From Octopus vulgaris (taxonomy: Eukaryota): a stretch of 64,000 bases of DNA. The DNA lies in contig OX597821.1 in NCBI GenBank assembly GCA_951406725.2, positions 3,224,001 to 3,288,000 of the forward strand, given 5' to 3'. The translations under genes and the position numbers were made by a program. Positions 15,174-29,947 of this stretch are shown here, one piece after another (positions within the stretch are counted from its first letter, which is position 1; each line of letters starts with the position of its first letter). Below the pieces are notes generated by a model, which worked only from the letters and a program-made list of their open reading frames with translations, made no database searches and was not told where the DNA came from.

Positions 15174-15209
15174 CTTTCTGTTGAAGAGCGGCGGCTCGAA
15201 AGGTAAAAG
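15174..15209 (+). ncRNA. Hammerhead-like motif with non-canonical core (CUGUUGA)
   Basis: cttt CTGTTGA A GAGC-ggcg-GCTC GAAA GG TA aaag: helix I 4 bp, helix II 4 bp, helix III degenerate. Related repeat at 26960-27070 (-). Confidence 0.5.
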
Positions 15210-15349
15210 ATATTTTCATTTTCCTGAGCCTGAAACTAATACATCTTCTTCTGGTTAATACACCTGCCTTCGTCTTTTGTTTTTCTGTAAATTTCAACTC
15301 TCTCTATATATATATGAATACATATTTATATACACATATATATATGTAA

Positions 15350-15390
<41 letters not shown>

Positions 15391-15636
15391 TATATATATA
15401 AATTTATTTAAATATGCACATACATATATAAGTATATACACCCACACATAATGGTAAATATGTACCATACAATGCTGAGGCGTTGAGATATCTAGAATTG
15501 GGAACATTTCAATCACCATCTGTGTATCTGTTTGGAAAGACATATGACTGGAAATCACACCTGGGCACATTGATATTTTCAAATGGTATGTACACTACAT
15601 ACTCTAATATGTAATATATGTAACCATATATATATA

Positions 15637-15866
15637 TTTCTTTACTACCCACAAGGGGCTAAACATAGAGGGGACAAACAAAGACAGACAAAGGGATTAA
15701 GTCGATTACATCGACCCCAGTGCGAAACTGGTACTTAATTTGTCGACCCCGAAAGGATGAAAGGCAAAGTCGACCTCGGCGGAATTTGAACTCAGAATGT
15801 AACGACAGACGAAAATACGGCTACGCATTTCGCCCGGCATGCTAACGATTCTGCCAGCTCGCCGCC
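15637..15866 (-). mobile_element. SINE family A, well-preserved copy; central block resembles the Meta-type conserved SINE domain
   Basis: Minus strand 'ggcggcgagctggcagaatcgttagcatgccgggc...gagttcaaattcc (B box)...gtcgactttgcctttcatcctttcggggtcgac..aagtaccag'. Further degenerate copies near 30160-30372, 37380-37590, 38290-38430, 39188-39400, 41615-41826 and 47030-47225. Confidence 0.9.
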
Positions 15867-15867
15867 C

Positions 15868-15941
<74 letters not shown>

Positions 15942-15946
15942 AATAC

Positions 15947-15974
<28 letters not shown>

Positions 15975-15980
<6 letters not shown>

Positions 15981-16385
15981 CGGAATATCATTTTGCCATT
16001 TATAAAAACACACGCACTATATATTTGGTGTTATTTTGCTTCAGTGTTATTTATTTTTTACATTAATCTTAATCTTATTTCGTCCAGAGTTCTTTCGTCA
16101 GAATAGAAACACAAAATGGCTGACGGTTAGTAAGGAGAGACACAAATAAGAAAGAAGAAAATAAGGGACCACTGATGCAGTCACAGGAGTGTGACGAAAG
16201 AACTCTGGCCGAAATAAGATTAAGATTAATGTAAAAAAATAAATAACATTGAAGCAAAATAACACCAAATATATAGTGCGTGTGATTTTATTGGCTAAAC
16301 TGGCAAAATGACCATTCCGAAATATAACAATATCTGTTTCAACACACGACTTCACATAAAAAATCTTGCACAACAAATATTTAAA
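15975..16385 (+). mobile_element. Hammerhead-bearing fold-back element (HHR family 2), flanked by (TA)n
   Basis: 15975-16100 is the reverse complement of about 16192-16325; homologous to 56866-57262. Confidence 0.85.
16167..16210 (+). ncRNA. Minimal type I hammerhead ribozyme motif, core A9 mutated in this copy
   Basis: gacca CTGATGC A GTCAC-aggagt-GTGAC GAAA G-AA-C TC tggcc; predicted CUC site at 16205; sister copies have CTGATGA. Confidence 0.75.
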
Positions 16386-16386
16386 C

Positions 16387-16490
<104 letters not shown>

Positions 16491-17559
16491 GGTAAACACA
16501 TACACGCGCATATATACATACATACAAAGATACATGCATACATACATACATGTATTCTGTAACCTTGTGTGCAGCCACAAACAAAATATGACCTTTTGTG
16601 GAAATCAGCTGCCCTGAGGACACGAATGTTATCAGAAATATAGAAGAGACTTAAGTCATCTTTGGGCCAATTATAAGGAGTTTACAAATCCACAACCCGG
16701 CGCACACTTTTATCTTCATACATCTTTATTATTGCAGTAGCAAGTTACATACCAAACCGTTTAAAGCAAAGTATGGCTGAATTTGGCATGTCTGGAATGG
16801 AATAAAAATCCTTAATTTATATACTACAAATGATCCCAGTATCTGGAATTATACTCTTCGCGATATCTTCAGCAGTTTAAATCATGGCTAAAAGAAGATT
16901 CTTCTCTTCATAACCTTGTTATCCAGTAAGTGATCGGTCAAAGTTTACACGAAAAGGAAAAATACAATCATACATACATATAAACATACATACATAGAAA
17001 CAGAAATACATACATACACACATACAAACTCTGTAGCTGTCAAATACACACCTTATAGAAATGTTTGTGTTCAGCTTTCACTGTAAGTTTGTGCGTGCGT
17101 GTTGAAGGAAAACTTTTTTTTTCATGTCAATTCCACAACAAACTTCTCAAACATATTCCTACCGAATGGTTCTTACCTGACTACTTAATATATTCTGTAA
17201 TTAATGTCTGCATAGCAGCGCGCATGCTTAATACGTTTTGCTTAGTCGCATGCATACTTTGTTCGATAATTTCAAAACCGAACAGCCTTTTCGTTCTTTT
17301 TCTTTTTTTTTTTTTTTGCCTTACAAGCACATTTTTTACTAGCATTTATTTTAATTTTATTATTTATCAAAACACTATAGTCACCTTATATCCTACTCTA
17401 CCTCGTCTTGTTGGTTCTTTTTATGAAATTCTTTCAAATTTCCGGCTTCATCGATTAATGTGTAAAGAGGTGAAAGACCTCGATCAAAGCGTGGTATTGT
17501 ATAACATTTTCTATCATTTCTATCATATACTACCGTGTGTGTGTTTTACCAATGTATAT

Positions 17560-17609
<50 letters not shown>

Positions 17610-17700
17610 GCATACACTTTTGCATGTGTGTGCCTGTCCGATTGCATATGGATTTATAAATATTCATCTCTGTATATGTATATATATATATATAATATCA

Positions 17701-17766
<66 letters not shown>

Positions 17767-18685
17767 ATATTTATGTATGCATATGTGTGTGTGTGTGAGT
17801 GTGTGTGCGCGCGTGTACTTCCGTTTGTGTACGTGTGCGTGTTGTTATTTCTCGCTTGTTCTATACGTTACTATTGTCGTGATATCGGAAACGCAAAAAT
17901 CAGAGAAACCATTTGTAAAGTCTGCACACTTTCCAGTAAAGATGATATACATAAATCTACATTCTGTATTGAGTACTATCGTTTCTCCGTCTTTTTTGGT
18001 TTGCAGACTGTGTGTGAACATACTCACACATTCTATGTCTCTGTAGGCGTATATCAGTGTATGTGTATTTAAGTGTGTGTAACTTTGTGGTATTGTGCGT
18101 GTATGTGTGTGGTGTTGCCTAAAATACGCATAAATACTTACACATTCATATAAATACTGTTGCACTAGCGTGCAAAACGTCTTTTAAGGGGAGGCTGATA
18201 TATCGTAATTCTAAGCACATTTTCTAGCTGATCAATATTCAGATATTAAAATAACTTTCTCGGCTCTTCCGGGAATAGTTCAAATAATGATTTGCAAGAC
18301 GACGTTGGAAGTGGTGGGGGTGAATGGGAAGCAGCCCCAGAAAATAAACGAAAAACAGAAACGTAAAATGCAAGATGGAAATAATAATAAGAAAACTAAA
18401 TAAATAAATAAAATAGTATGAAAGGCAAATAAGAGAAGACAAGAAAATGTGAAGATAGTAAAAAAGACATTGAAATGGATATAAAACAGGCATGATATAT
18501 TTAGAAAGTCTTTTCGCCTTTGCACCCGAAAATAACATAACAAACTGCTGACCTCTGTCTCTAAATGTAATTCTAAATTAGGGCAGCATTATTTAGCATG
18601 AGAAGTAAAAGGGCAAATATAACTTTAGTATAAAAATATATTGTGCGCGGTATAAAATATATGCGCAAACATAGTTTCTGTTACA

Positions 18686-18752
<67 letters not shown>

Positions 18753-19082
18753 GTGTGTGTGTGTGTGCGTGATTGTGTGCGTTTGCGTGTATGTATTTAT
18801 ATGTTTACGTGCCAGTGCATATTTTTCAGTATATGAATGCGTTTCCACTCATCGATGTATCTATCTATTTATCTCCATCCCTCTCTCTCTCTCTAACTTT
18901 CTCTCTCTATATATTTAGAGACATATATGTATACATATATATCTCTAAATATATTTATATGTATACATATATATATGCATACATGCATAATAAATATGTA
19001 TATTTATATATGTATTTATATATACATATATATATATGCATATATATGTATATATATATGTATGTATATATGCATATATATT

Positions 19083-19138
<56 letters not shown>

Positions 19139-19154
19139 TACATATGTATTTACG

Positions 19155-19199
<45 letters not shown>

Positions 19200-19882
19200 T
19201 TACTAGCACTCATGCCTCTATGCAACAGTGCATACAATTTGACACTCATATACACGACACATATGCATCTATGCATCTATAATATCTGATTGTGCAGCTA
19301 ATTTAAGGTGTTTATATCGCCGAAGCTCAGACACCGTATTCTTTAGTATCCACTGAACATTGCAAGCTTCATCCAGGCATAAAGTTCAATTTCACATCTC
19401 ATATAAGGTTCTCATATATCAACAACACACTACGTAGCCAAATATAAAGAACGGCAATAACAGTAACAGAAATAATAAATCTAACGGCCTAACAAAGTAT
19501 ATGACGCTCTGATCAGCTAGAACAAAGAAGGATATTTTCTAATAAGCTCTCCTTAAGTACCGAAAGTTAACATTGGTGTAATGTAGTGATACATAACGAT
19601 AAAACAGAATAAAATACGGGGTAGCATGGCCGGATGGTGATTGTATTAAAGATATGACCGGGACTGGACTAGCCTGAGGTTAAATGTCCACCGGAGCCAA
19701 AGTAAGAATATTCTATTGTCCTGTATTTGTTGGCAGAAATGACAGCTACACACCTCCAAACTGAACTGCGTATGACTGCAGAGAGTAAACGCTCATTGTG
19801 CATTTATACCTACATGTGTGTGTTTTTGTATGTATATATGTATACGCATGTATATATTTATACATATGCATATATATATGTG

Positions 19883-19943
<61 letters not shown>

Positions 19944-20115
19944 TATTGATATGCATATGTATATATACACACGCATACATATATATATATTTATATGAGT
20001 ACGTGAAATGTATTCATATATGAAATTGTATGTCTCTAATTACATCTAAGTCTAAACTTACAAATATAGATGTATAAATATCTCTCTCTTTATCTCTCTC
20101 TCTCTCTCTCTCTCA

Positions 20116-20153
<38 letters not shown>

Positions 20154-20205
20154 GTTTATGTATATATATTCATACTGAATTTTTCTGTGTGTATATATAT
20201 CTATA

Positions 20206-20280
<75 letters not shown>

Positions 20281-20833
20281 ATAAATATATATATGCATAT
20301 ATATGTATATATAATTATATATACTATATATAAATCTCCAAGATTACTGGGTGATCATTGATCGAATACATGTTTATTTTTTGTTCAAACCAGCTCGATT
20401 TAGGCCGACCTGATGCTAAATACTAACAATATAATCAACAGCAATCTTTTATAAACGTACATTAACATTCACAAAAACAAAACTCTCCTGAAATGTCAGA
20501 CGTGCAATGAAGACACCAGTACAAAACCACCCAATTTAATATGTATTTTCCTGTTCCACTCATGTAATTATAGTTTACGACAACTTTCTAATATTAGTTT
20601 ACTGGAAAGTTACAATGCTAGATCTCTATCCCATATTGGCGAACTAATAACATTACCGATATCTTTAGTAGTATGTCTGCATCAGGTTTTGTTTTTATTT
20701 AGCATATTTAGCCATATTTTCCTTATTTATAGCAGATAAATAAAGCTAGACATAAAACAGCCTCCCTGAGAAGAATGAAGGTTTTATTTGGCCATATTTT
20801 TTTTATATAAGTATACTTATATGCATAGCGCCT

Positions 20834-20922
<89 letters not shown>

Positions 20923-20983
20923 GCACATATATGTATGAGTATATGGGTGTATATATGTATGCATATATCTGCATATATGTGAG

Positions 20984-21029
<46 letters not shown>

Positions 21030-24000
21030 AACATACATACATACATATATACATACATACATATATACATATATATGTGTGTATGTGTGTGTGTGTGCAT
21101 GTATGTGTGGGGGTGTACATTGTAGATTTCTCTTATCTTTATGTAGAAAAATACAGATATAGATGTGTATTTTTATGTGCGTGTGCATGCGTGTGTGTAT
21201 GTCTGTGTGTGCGTGTGTTTGTGTCTGTACGTTTGTGGATGTGTGTGTTTGTATGTTTACGAGTCTTCGCGTATAATCGCTCGTGGATTTTATCTTAGAC
21301 ACTTCCATACTTTCACTGACGTGATCTGCCTACTCGTTGTAACATCTACGTAGTAACCGTTACATGGATGGTTTAACCAGCGTAACTCAAGTGTGACAAA
21401 GGTAGCCCTTTAATTACTAGTACAATCCGACGTATGAGTTTCGCCATAGTCTTTGTATAAATCGTGCCACAAGGAAAGTCTGGATCGAACAGAAATATCT
21501 TACATTACATTATGATATGAATATGTTTTGATGTGGGACAAATTTCGAGGTGCTAACCGCGAAGCAAATTCGTCATCGTGCAGGAGCTTACGCTAGTTAT
21601 ATACTTCTGACTAACGAAGACTAGTTGTAAGTATTTTAATATTAATTGGCGACCCGCGAATCATATACGCCGTTCTATCATTCAATAATTCATCGACCGA
21701 ATTCATGCGTTAATCTACCGTTACAGTATGTATTATGTTTTGAACATCATGTTTATTCTCTCAGAAAAAGCGGTTGGACGCCAGAAAAATTCTGTACTGA
21801 ACAAAACACTCGGTCGAGAAACCAATCTATTTGAATTTGTACTGACATATCTTCATAATTTATGAGATATCATATGACATCTTTATACTTATCTATCCAT
21901 GCGTACATAAGCACGCACGCAAGCACACACACTCACACGCATGCATAAGTACATACATATACCCAAACAATTATAGCATCAACAATATCGATTTATATAA
22001 GGACATAAGTTACTAACTGGATTGGCCCTCTCCTAAAATAGCTGAAATCTGCTAGAATATTTGTGCGAAGCTTAATGCATATAAAATATGTGGCGGGGAT
22101 ATTTAACACGAGAAAGGAGTTTTAAATCATCGCACCTTCAGACAAATTAATACAATCATTGAAAGAGAACGGTCACTCAGGGGATTTTTAATGTAGAAGT
22201 TTAATCCTAGACATGGTATGTAAGTCACCGACTAATCTATACTAAAATCTAGTATAAACATTGAGCAAAATAATTTGCCATAGTAATGATATATAAATAC
22301 CTAAGATAGATATTTGCTATCATGTTAAAAACGGTTCCCTGCCCTAAAGAAAACCTTATTATCAGTTACGAATTAGCAATATTGCATATTCTGTTATAAA
22401 ACATGAAGCGTTGAAATCAGAGACTAATCTTGAATTATGTCATGGCATCTGTATTAGTGGATAAGCTGAGCACACATAAAAATATAATCATACTTTACAT
22501 TCATTCATAATTACACCTATACACACATGCACATTCACACAAACTCACATATACGCAGACACACACATACATATGCATATATATAATTTCCCTTGCTGTA
22601 AGAAGTGATCCTCGTGTATGCAAAGATATTCCGCGGTAAACTTTCCATTAAAAGAGATGCACATCCGCCATTGTTGAGCCAAACAAACGAATCCAATTTG
22701 AAAAAAATTCATTTTGAGAAATGCACTAAAGCACCCATTTCGCCAAACACATTTGTATCCTATCTTTATCATCAAATATTTATGTTCAAATATTTCGTTT
22801 CCTTGAAGCGATAGGTGGTCGGAGAGAGTCAGATCATGCTACTACTAAAGAAGTGAAACAACTGTACGTTCCACTATTTTTATCATCAGTGCATGTGTTC
22901 GTATTTTACTCTGGTTGAATGTGCTTACTTTTCAGAGTCTTCCTCTGTCGCTTGTTTCTAATACGTTTCTTATTCTTTTTGCCTGTCTCGCTGATCACTT
23001 ATATTCACGGTCCAGAGAATCAATGACAATGACGTTTATCTCCACGCAGAAACAGTGACCAAAATGTAATGTGCTGATAAATGACTGTTGAAATTATTTG
23101 CCCAGAGAGAAAAGATGTAGCACTATGTCTTCCATAAGTTTTTTTTTGTTTCTTTATGATGGAGATGCATCTACGTTTGATTTCTCGTCCTTAGATTTTG
23201 AGAAATCATGTCTCCATGAAATTCAAGCATTACCAGGATGTCCGAGAAACCTTCCATCAGTTTCCTCTTTAAATATTGTATCAACTGCCAAGGAAAATAG
23301 ATTACATATACATACATATTCCGAAATTCTCAAAAGTCATACGCAATGCAGTCATAACTGTTGAGCATTGAAGCTAGTATGTCAACAATTATTCATCCTT
23401 TCATTGGTGGTTCAGTGTCGAAATGTATTGGCGATGAAATCATGGCTTGAATTCAATGCAAAAAACATATATTTGTCCATATCTGCATGTTGCCTCGATG
23501 TTGGGCCAATTGAGAGATAGTGAGAGAGAGAGAGAGGGAGAGGGAGAGAGAAAGAAAGAGAATTGCTGCTCAAGAGTAGAAAATTTCTTTTAAGTACATC
23601 CTTCGCTTTTTCTCTTTATGGTGAGAATAAATATTGTTGCATATAATATTTGGGTTATTAATCCTTCTTATTCATTATCATTACTGCCGTGTACGATATC
23701 ACATCATCCTGGCTAGTACTCGTCAGCGTGACATAACTTGAGATTTACAAATCATTTTCTCTTAGGCCATATGTGAACAAGCACAAAATTCATACATAAA
23801 AATCCATATATAATCAATATTTTTCTCTATTTCGTTATTGTATTTTCGTCTCTATCATGATAAAGAAGAAGAATAACGTCCCATGCGATACGCTTGATAA
23901 TTACTAAGATATATATGCCACACAGACACACTCAATTCATACCTAAAAACAAAAATACCCTATTGTTGATGTTGAAATTCAAATGAAGGAGCCCGGTTCT

Positions 24001-24269
24001 TTCTCTATAACACTGAATAATGACATACATACATACGCACATATACTTATATATAGGAATAATCAAATGATACAAATTTTCAAGTATTATTTTTATAAGC
24101 ATATACACATAAGTACACACTCAACCACGATTATGTATATACCACACACAAACAAGCACACATACACGCACACACACACCACATGCACACATACAGACGC
24201 AAACGCAAACACAGACATACTCATTAGTGTGCGGCTGTTCATTGACATAGAGATGCTTGTGTATACTGC

Positions 24270-24310
<41 letters not shown>

Positions 24311-24358
24311 TAGATAGATAGATATATAGATAAATAGATAGATAGATAGATAGATAGG

Positions 24359-24394
<36 letters not shown>

Positions 24395-24685
24395 TTATGG
24401 ATGCAGGATCAATAATTTTCCATCTTTCTCTTATTCTTACTCTCTTCTCTATTTCTATGTATACGTGTGTGTGTATGTGTTCCCACCGGAAGATCATGAT
24501 GGTATGGGACTAAATACGAGAGAGATATCATCAGCTTCAGTTTCAATATCTATCTCTGGTGATAGGTACGTACATGAACACATATAGTTACATGCATGGG
24601 TGGTATGCAGAGCGTTAGAGGGAGACAGAGAGGCACAATACATACAATAATAACAACATTAATAATAAAAATGGTGGTGGTGGTT

Positions 24686-24784
<99 letters not shown>

Positions 24785-25783
24785 ACAATAACGATACACA
24801 CTAATATGTTTTTGTTATATAAGATATAAGATATGAAATTAAGATATTAAATGGAAAAAGAAATACGTTGTGCACTTTGTAGCATCGGAAACAAACGTGT
24901 TAACTATGTTTCATTTCACCCACCTACTTATATACACACATAGATACAAAATAGACCCAAAAAATAAAACAACTAAAGAATCCAGCTTATATCCATTTCA
25001 CATTTAGAGAGAGATACATCGGCTGAGAATCAAGGGGAGTAAGAATGAGAAAGAGAGAGAGAGGTAGAGAGAGAGATAGGGTGTGTTATAATAAATGATT
25101 ATGTCCACACATACATCTGCATATATATATCAATATATTCCTGTTCCTTGTATATGTTTACGTGATGTCATTAAATGTAATATACTTGATGCTTGTTACA
25201 TTTAACTATGCAGATTTCGCATTATTTATATACTGTTCCTTTACACTATAACATGGACATCTAGTCCGGTATCGATTGTCTAATGTCAGGGTTGTCTGTA
25301 AATACCATAAACAAGAACACTGACCTTATCTAGAATCGATGAATGTGTCTGCTTATTATTTTTTTTCTCGATATTCTAAACATGGAACATGTTATATTTC
25401 AAATGTCACCCGGATGGTCTATTTACATAGATTCATCCCTGAAGGTTATGATCGATATGATTATTTTTATATACACAGCAACTCCATTTATGACAGCTTG
25501 TAGTAATGCTTTCTTGTATGAGACTTAAATTTCTTGAAAATCTATCGTTATTTAATAATTTTATTAAAAAAAGGGCTGTGGACTTGTTGAGTTTGGAAAA
25601 CATTGAACAGAAAGTTTGGCTATGGTTAGGTAGGACGTTTAATCTCCTGTATCCACACCGCAGTCATATCAATTATGATTGATTATCATTCTAGTGTTGA
25701 TAATATATATATACATGTACATATACATATGTATATATATATATTTATATATATATATACATATATATACATATATATATATG

Positions 25784-25815
<32 letters not shown>

Positions 25816-26019
25816 AACATACATACATACATTCATATAGAGGTACATAATACATACATAAATACACACATACATGCATACACATGAATACACACATGTA
25901 TATGTATACATATATACATATGTGTGTGCATGCATATGTGTGTGTTTGTGAATATGTATGTGCATAGATACACCTGTGTGTGCATATATATATGTATATA
26001 TATCTTCTTTTTCTTTCTT

Positions 26020-26316
26020 TTGACCGACCAGGCTATCAGATGCTGCTAAACATCGCTGGTCACAATGCGCTTCGCATTGTTTTTAGCCCTCAAATGACGC
26101 CTACCCGCTGGCTAAGCGAGCAGGCCAACAGAAGAAAGAGTGAGAGAAAGTTGTGGCGAAAGAGTACAGCAGGAATCGCCACCATCCCCTACCGGAGACT
26201 TGTGGAGCTTTAGATTTTCGCTCAATAAACACTCACAACGCCCGGTCTGGGAATCGAAACCGCGATCTTACAATCGCAAGTCCACTGCCCTAACCACTGG
26301 GCCATAGCACCTCCAC
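26020..26316 (-). mobile_element. tRNA-derived SINE, family D
   Basis: Collinear with 1868-2154; clear 'gctatggcccagtggttagggc...ggtttcgattccc' head. Confidence 0.85.
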
Positions 26317-26362
<46 letters not shown>

Positions 26363-26379
26363 GCACACACACATACATA

Positions 26380-26469
<90 letters not shown>

Positions 26470-26544
26470 TTGATATAGATATAGATAGAAAGATAGATTC
26501 GTAGATAATTAGATAGATGGAATAGATAGATAGATATAAATATA

Positions 26545-26932
26545 CAGGGTGTGATGGTCAAATTGCCACGCATGTGCCTTGTTTCTCTCTGATTTTGTCG
26601 ACTACAAAGTATAGTAGGGTCTGTGAGGAGAACAGCACCATCACTCGGCAAGAGATCAATAGATGTCCTTGTAACACCAAAGAGGATCTAAAGGCAATGA
26701 TTATGGCAGCATTTAGCAACTTAAACAACGGGACTGTCCAGAAGAGTTACAAGGGAATTGATTTCATCAGGAAGCCGTAGTTGAAGCAAATGGCGATTTT
26801 ATTCAATAAATTTGCTGTTTAGTATTTCAAGATAGTTTTATGTAATTTTGGTAAATATAGCAGTTAAAATGAGATGGCAGTGTTATTTTCAATTTTGTGT
26901 AATTTAGACGACTATGTATTCACTGCAACTTG
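26545..26932 (+). mobile_element. Internally deleted Tc1/mariner-superfamily element (maT/DD37D-like)
   Basis: TA-CAGGGTG start and degenerate end followed by TA; residual transposase C-terminus [20 protein letters not shown]...EAVVEANGDFIQ*. Confidence 0.75.
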
Positions 26933-27031
26933 TATATGTACATATATATAATCAAAGCAAATAACAAAGAAAGACGAATTTGCGGACGAGCGCAAGACAT
27001 TTATTAGCTTGACTCTCGGTGGTAGGAGAGA

Positions 27032-27066
27032 GATTGAGGTTTCACGCAAAGTTCTTCGTCAGAAAG
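27032..27066 (-). ncRNA. Decayed hammerhead motif, same family as 15174-15209 but with canonical core
   Basis: ttt CTGACGA A GAAC-ttt-GCGT GAAA CC TC; the flanking 26960-27070 aligns by eye with the reverse complement of 15172-15285. Confidence 0.45.
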
Positions 27067-27629
27067 GAGAAGAGGAGAAGTCCAATGATAGAGAAGAAAC
27101 CGCAAGCGGTACACGTGTAGTAACATTGCTACTACAAGTGCCGTTGAGGAATTCTTCTCCATCTTTGGACATTTCCCTTTCCCTTTCCGAAGACAAGCTA
27201 TTCTCGAAACATTAAACACTGTCGTTTCACCAAACGTCATATTAAGAACTTCCTGTGTAGGTCCTCATGTTCGTTTTTTTCATCATTATTTGAATTACTT
27301 GTTTCTTTGACGCATTGACTGACCTCTTCCGACTCTTTTCGAGTAACTGATGCATGGGTTTCTTACTCTGTCCTTGGATTAGGCTACCTTTTAATTCATT
27401 CGGAGTACGTCGTTTCTGTACCTTTCATTATATATATAATTATAGTAGCGAATATGATTCCAAATTAACAGGGAAAAATTCTTACCACACAGCCACTCTT
27501 GCGCCTAGTAACATTATTTCCTAGAACGTTAGAGATACGTATTTAAATTGCTATGAATTTGGCTCTAAACCTTCCGGGTTCACTACGTTAGCAAAACATC
27601 GAAAGACCGTGTACACATAACATAGATGC

Positions 27630-27719
<90 letters not shown>

Positions 27720-28017
27720 GAAAGGCGGTGATCCATCATGGCCACAGGCAATTGACTGAAACAAATAAACGCCTAAAGGAATCTTCAATACTTAATATAA
27801 GCAAATGCATGCAGGCTTTCTTTCTATGTAATATATTTTCGGGGGTAAAATCACCAGTGACATTTAGGTTTGTGGTATCTGCGTAAATTAGAAATGAATG
27901 TTAACTATTAATTATCAATAAGCGATAGATGCTCTAGATATAACTAGTACATATGAAACATCAATAAATTTACAAAATTTGTTAAAGATTCCTTTTACGT
28001 TTTTCTTACATTTAAAG

Positions 28018-28134
<117 letters not shown>

Positions 28135-28799
28135 TTATTGTTATGACCATCATCATCATCATCATTTTCATCCTCATCATCCTCCTCCTTCTCATCATCA
28201 TCATCATCATCATCATCTCAGTTTTCCCTAAATCTGCTTGATATCACATATATGTACATAAATTCCTTTTAAAATATCTAACTAGGAAATTAGAGGCGTT
28301 TTATTTACCCGTTTTAATAAAAGTATTGTTTCTTACATTGAACGTTTCTCATTGTATAGAAAATTAGCCATTAATTTATAAATTCACACATATTTAGTAC
28401 ATGCATTGATAACTGTTTGTATAGTTAAAAGATAATATCACTCAAGTCGTTTTAGTTTGCTTTCATTTTTGTATTTCTAAAGCAGCTAGACAAAGATTAG
28501 CCACACTTGAACATATCCGTACAAAAGAACTTATTGCAGCAGTACTCCAGTAAATGTTAGTTCCGACTTCCTTCTATCTAGAAACAAAAAAAAAAGGATA
28601 TGATAATTACTCCCTCCTAACTTTTGTGACCAGGACATAACAGATTTAAAGCAGACCTATTTTCCATTACATTTCAGACATATTCAGCGCTGAGTTACTA
28701 AAGCAGAAATATAGTAAATATTCTGTTCCATACCACTGATTTGTCCATCAGTCGCTGAACTTAAAATCTTGAGCATACCACTAAGCGGTTGAAAATATG

Positions 28800-28852
<53 letters not shown>

Positions 28853-28855
<3 letters not shown>

Positions 28856-29360
28856 TGCTCTCGATTAATGAGATCGCCTTAAAGCCTTGAAACTTTACTC
28901 CCCCCAGCGTCGCCGTGAGCGGTACATCATTTGTACGATGTGGAAAATATACCGCCAACTATGCCCAAACGACCTAAACATTAGCTTCAAGGTTCATCCA
29001 AGACTTGGACCACGGGCTATACGTCCCCTGCCCAATTCAAGATCACAACATACATGTACACTGCAACATAATTTCTTTTCCTCAACAGGCCCTGCCCTAT
29101 TTAACATTGTCCCGAGAGAGATCAAAGAGGAAAAGGATCCCATCAACTTTAAACAGAGTCTGTATAGATTCCTTCAAAGAATACCAGATAAGCCACCCAT
29201 AATTGGATGCAACTCACCCAACAAGAACTCACTACTTGAACAAAACTTGACTTAAACAGGATTCGAATAATCCTATCAGGTGGTGCTATTAAGTTAGACG
29301 TGGCCTGGACCAATCTTTGGTCGAAACATATCTAAGTTTATCTAAGTTTATCTAAGTTTA
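28853..29360 (+). mobile_element. 3' end of a CR1/L2-group LINE (ORF2 C-terminus, 3' UTR and tandem tail)
   Basis: RLKALKLYSPQRRRERYII..WKI...GPALFNIVPREIK...FKQSLYRFLQRIPDKP...NSLLE is typical of a post-RT C-terminus; tail (ATCTAAGTTT)x3. Confidence 0.85.
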
Positions 29361-29420
29361 TATATATATATATTTATATATATTAGAAAGTTTGAAGATG
29401 ATGTACATGTATTTTATATT

Positions 29421-29816
29421 AGAAGAAATGAGGTACTCAGAAATTCCGATGTTTTTATATTATATTATACAGATATTTATTTGTGTATTACATGTTTTTA
29501 TACATCATATAACTTATATCATATATCATATATTAGCGCATTCGTCCATTCTGGTGGATTTTTCAAATTGCGTCCATTCTGGTGGATCTTTCAAATGGAA
29601 CTAAATTCCTGTAGAAAAAAGTTTGACCATAACACTATAAAATGGCCAAACGTTTTCCACAGGAACTTAGTTCCATTTGAAAAATCCACCAGAATGGACG
29701 AAAGCGCTAATATATGATAAATGATATAAGTTAAATGATGTATAAAAACATGTAATATACAAATAAATATATGTAAATATAAAACCATCCGAATTTCTGA
29801 GTACCTCAATTCTTCT
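29421..29816. mobile_element. Long near-perfect fold-back (arms about 210/175 bp, 11-nt loop) carrying the 3' half of a hammerhead-like motif
   Basis: 29421-29630 pairs with 29642-29816; the left arm has a 28-bp tandem duplication; the right arm has GGAC GAAA GCGC TA at 29696-29709. Confidence 0.85.
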
Positions 29817-29872
29817 TATATATATATATATATATATATATAGATATATATACATGTGTTTGTGAGTGTGTG

Positions 29873-29947
<75 letters not shown>

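Noticed and set aside
18228-18400. Possible + strand exon after ttttctag with open frames
   Set aside because: No recognisable protein similarity and no convincing donor or partner exons.
29308-29332. GACCA-N5-TGGTC GAAA hairpin
   Set aside because: Lacks the 5' core; better explained as the 3' UTR stem-loop of the CR1-group LINE.
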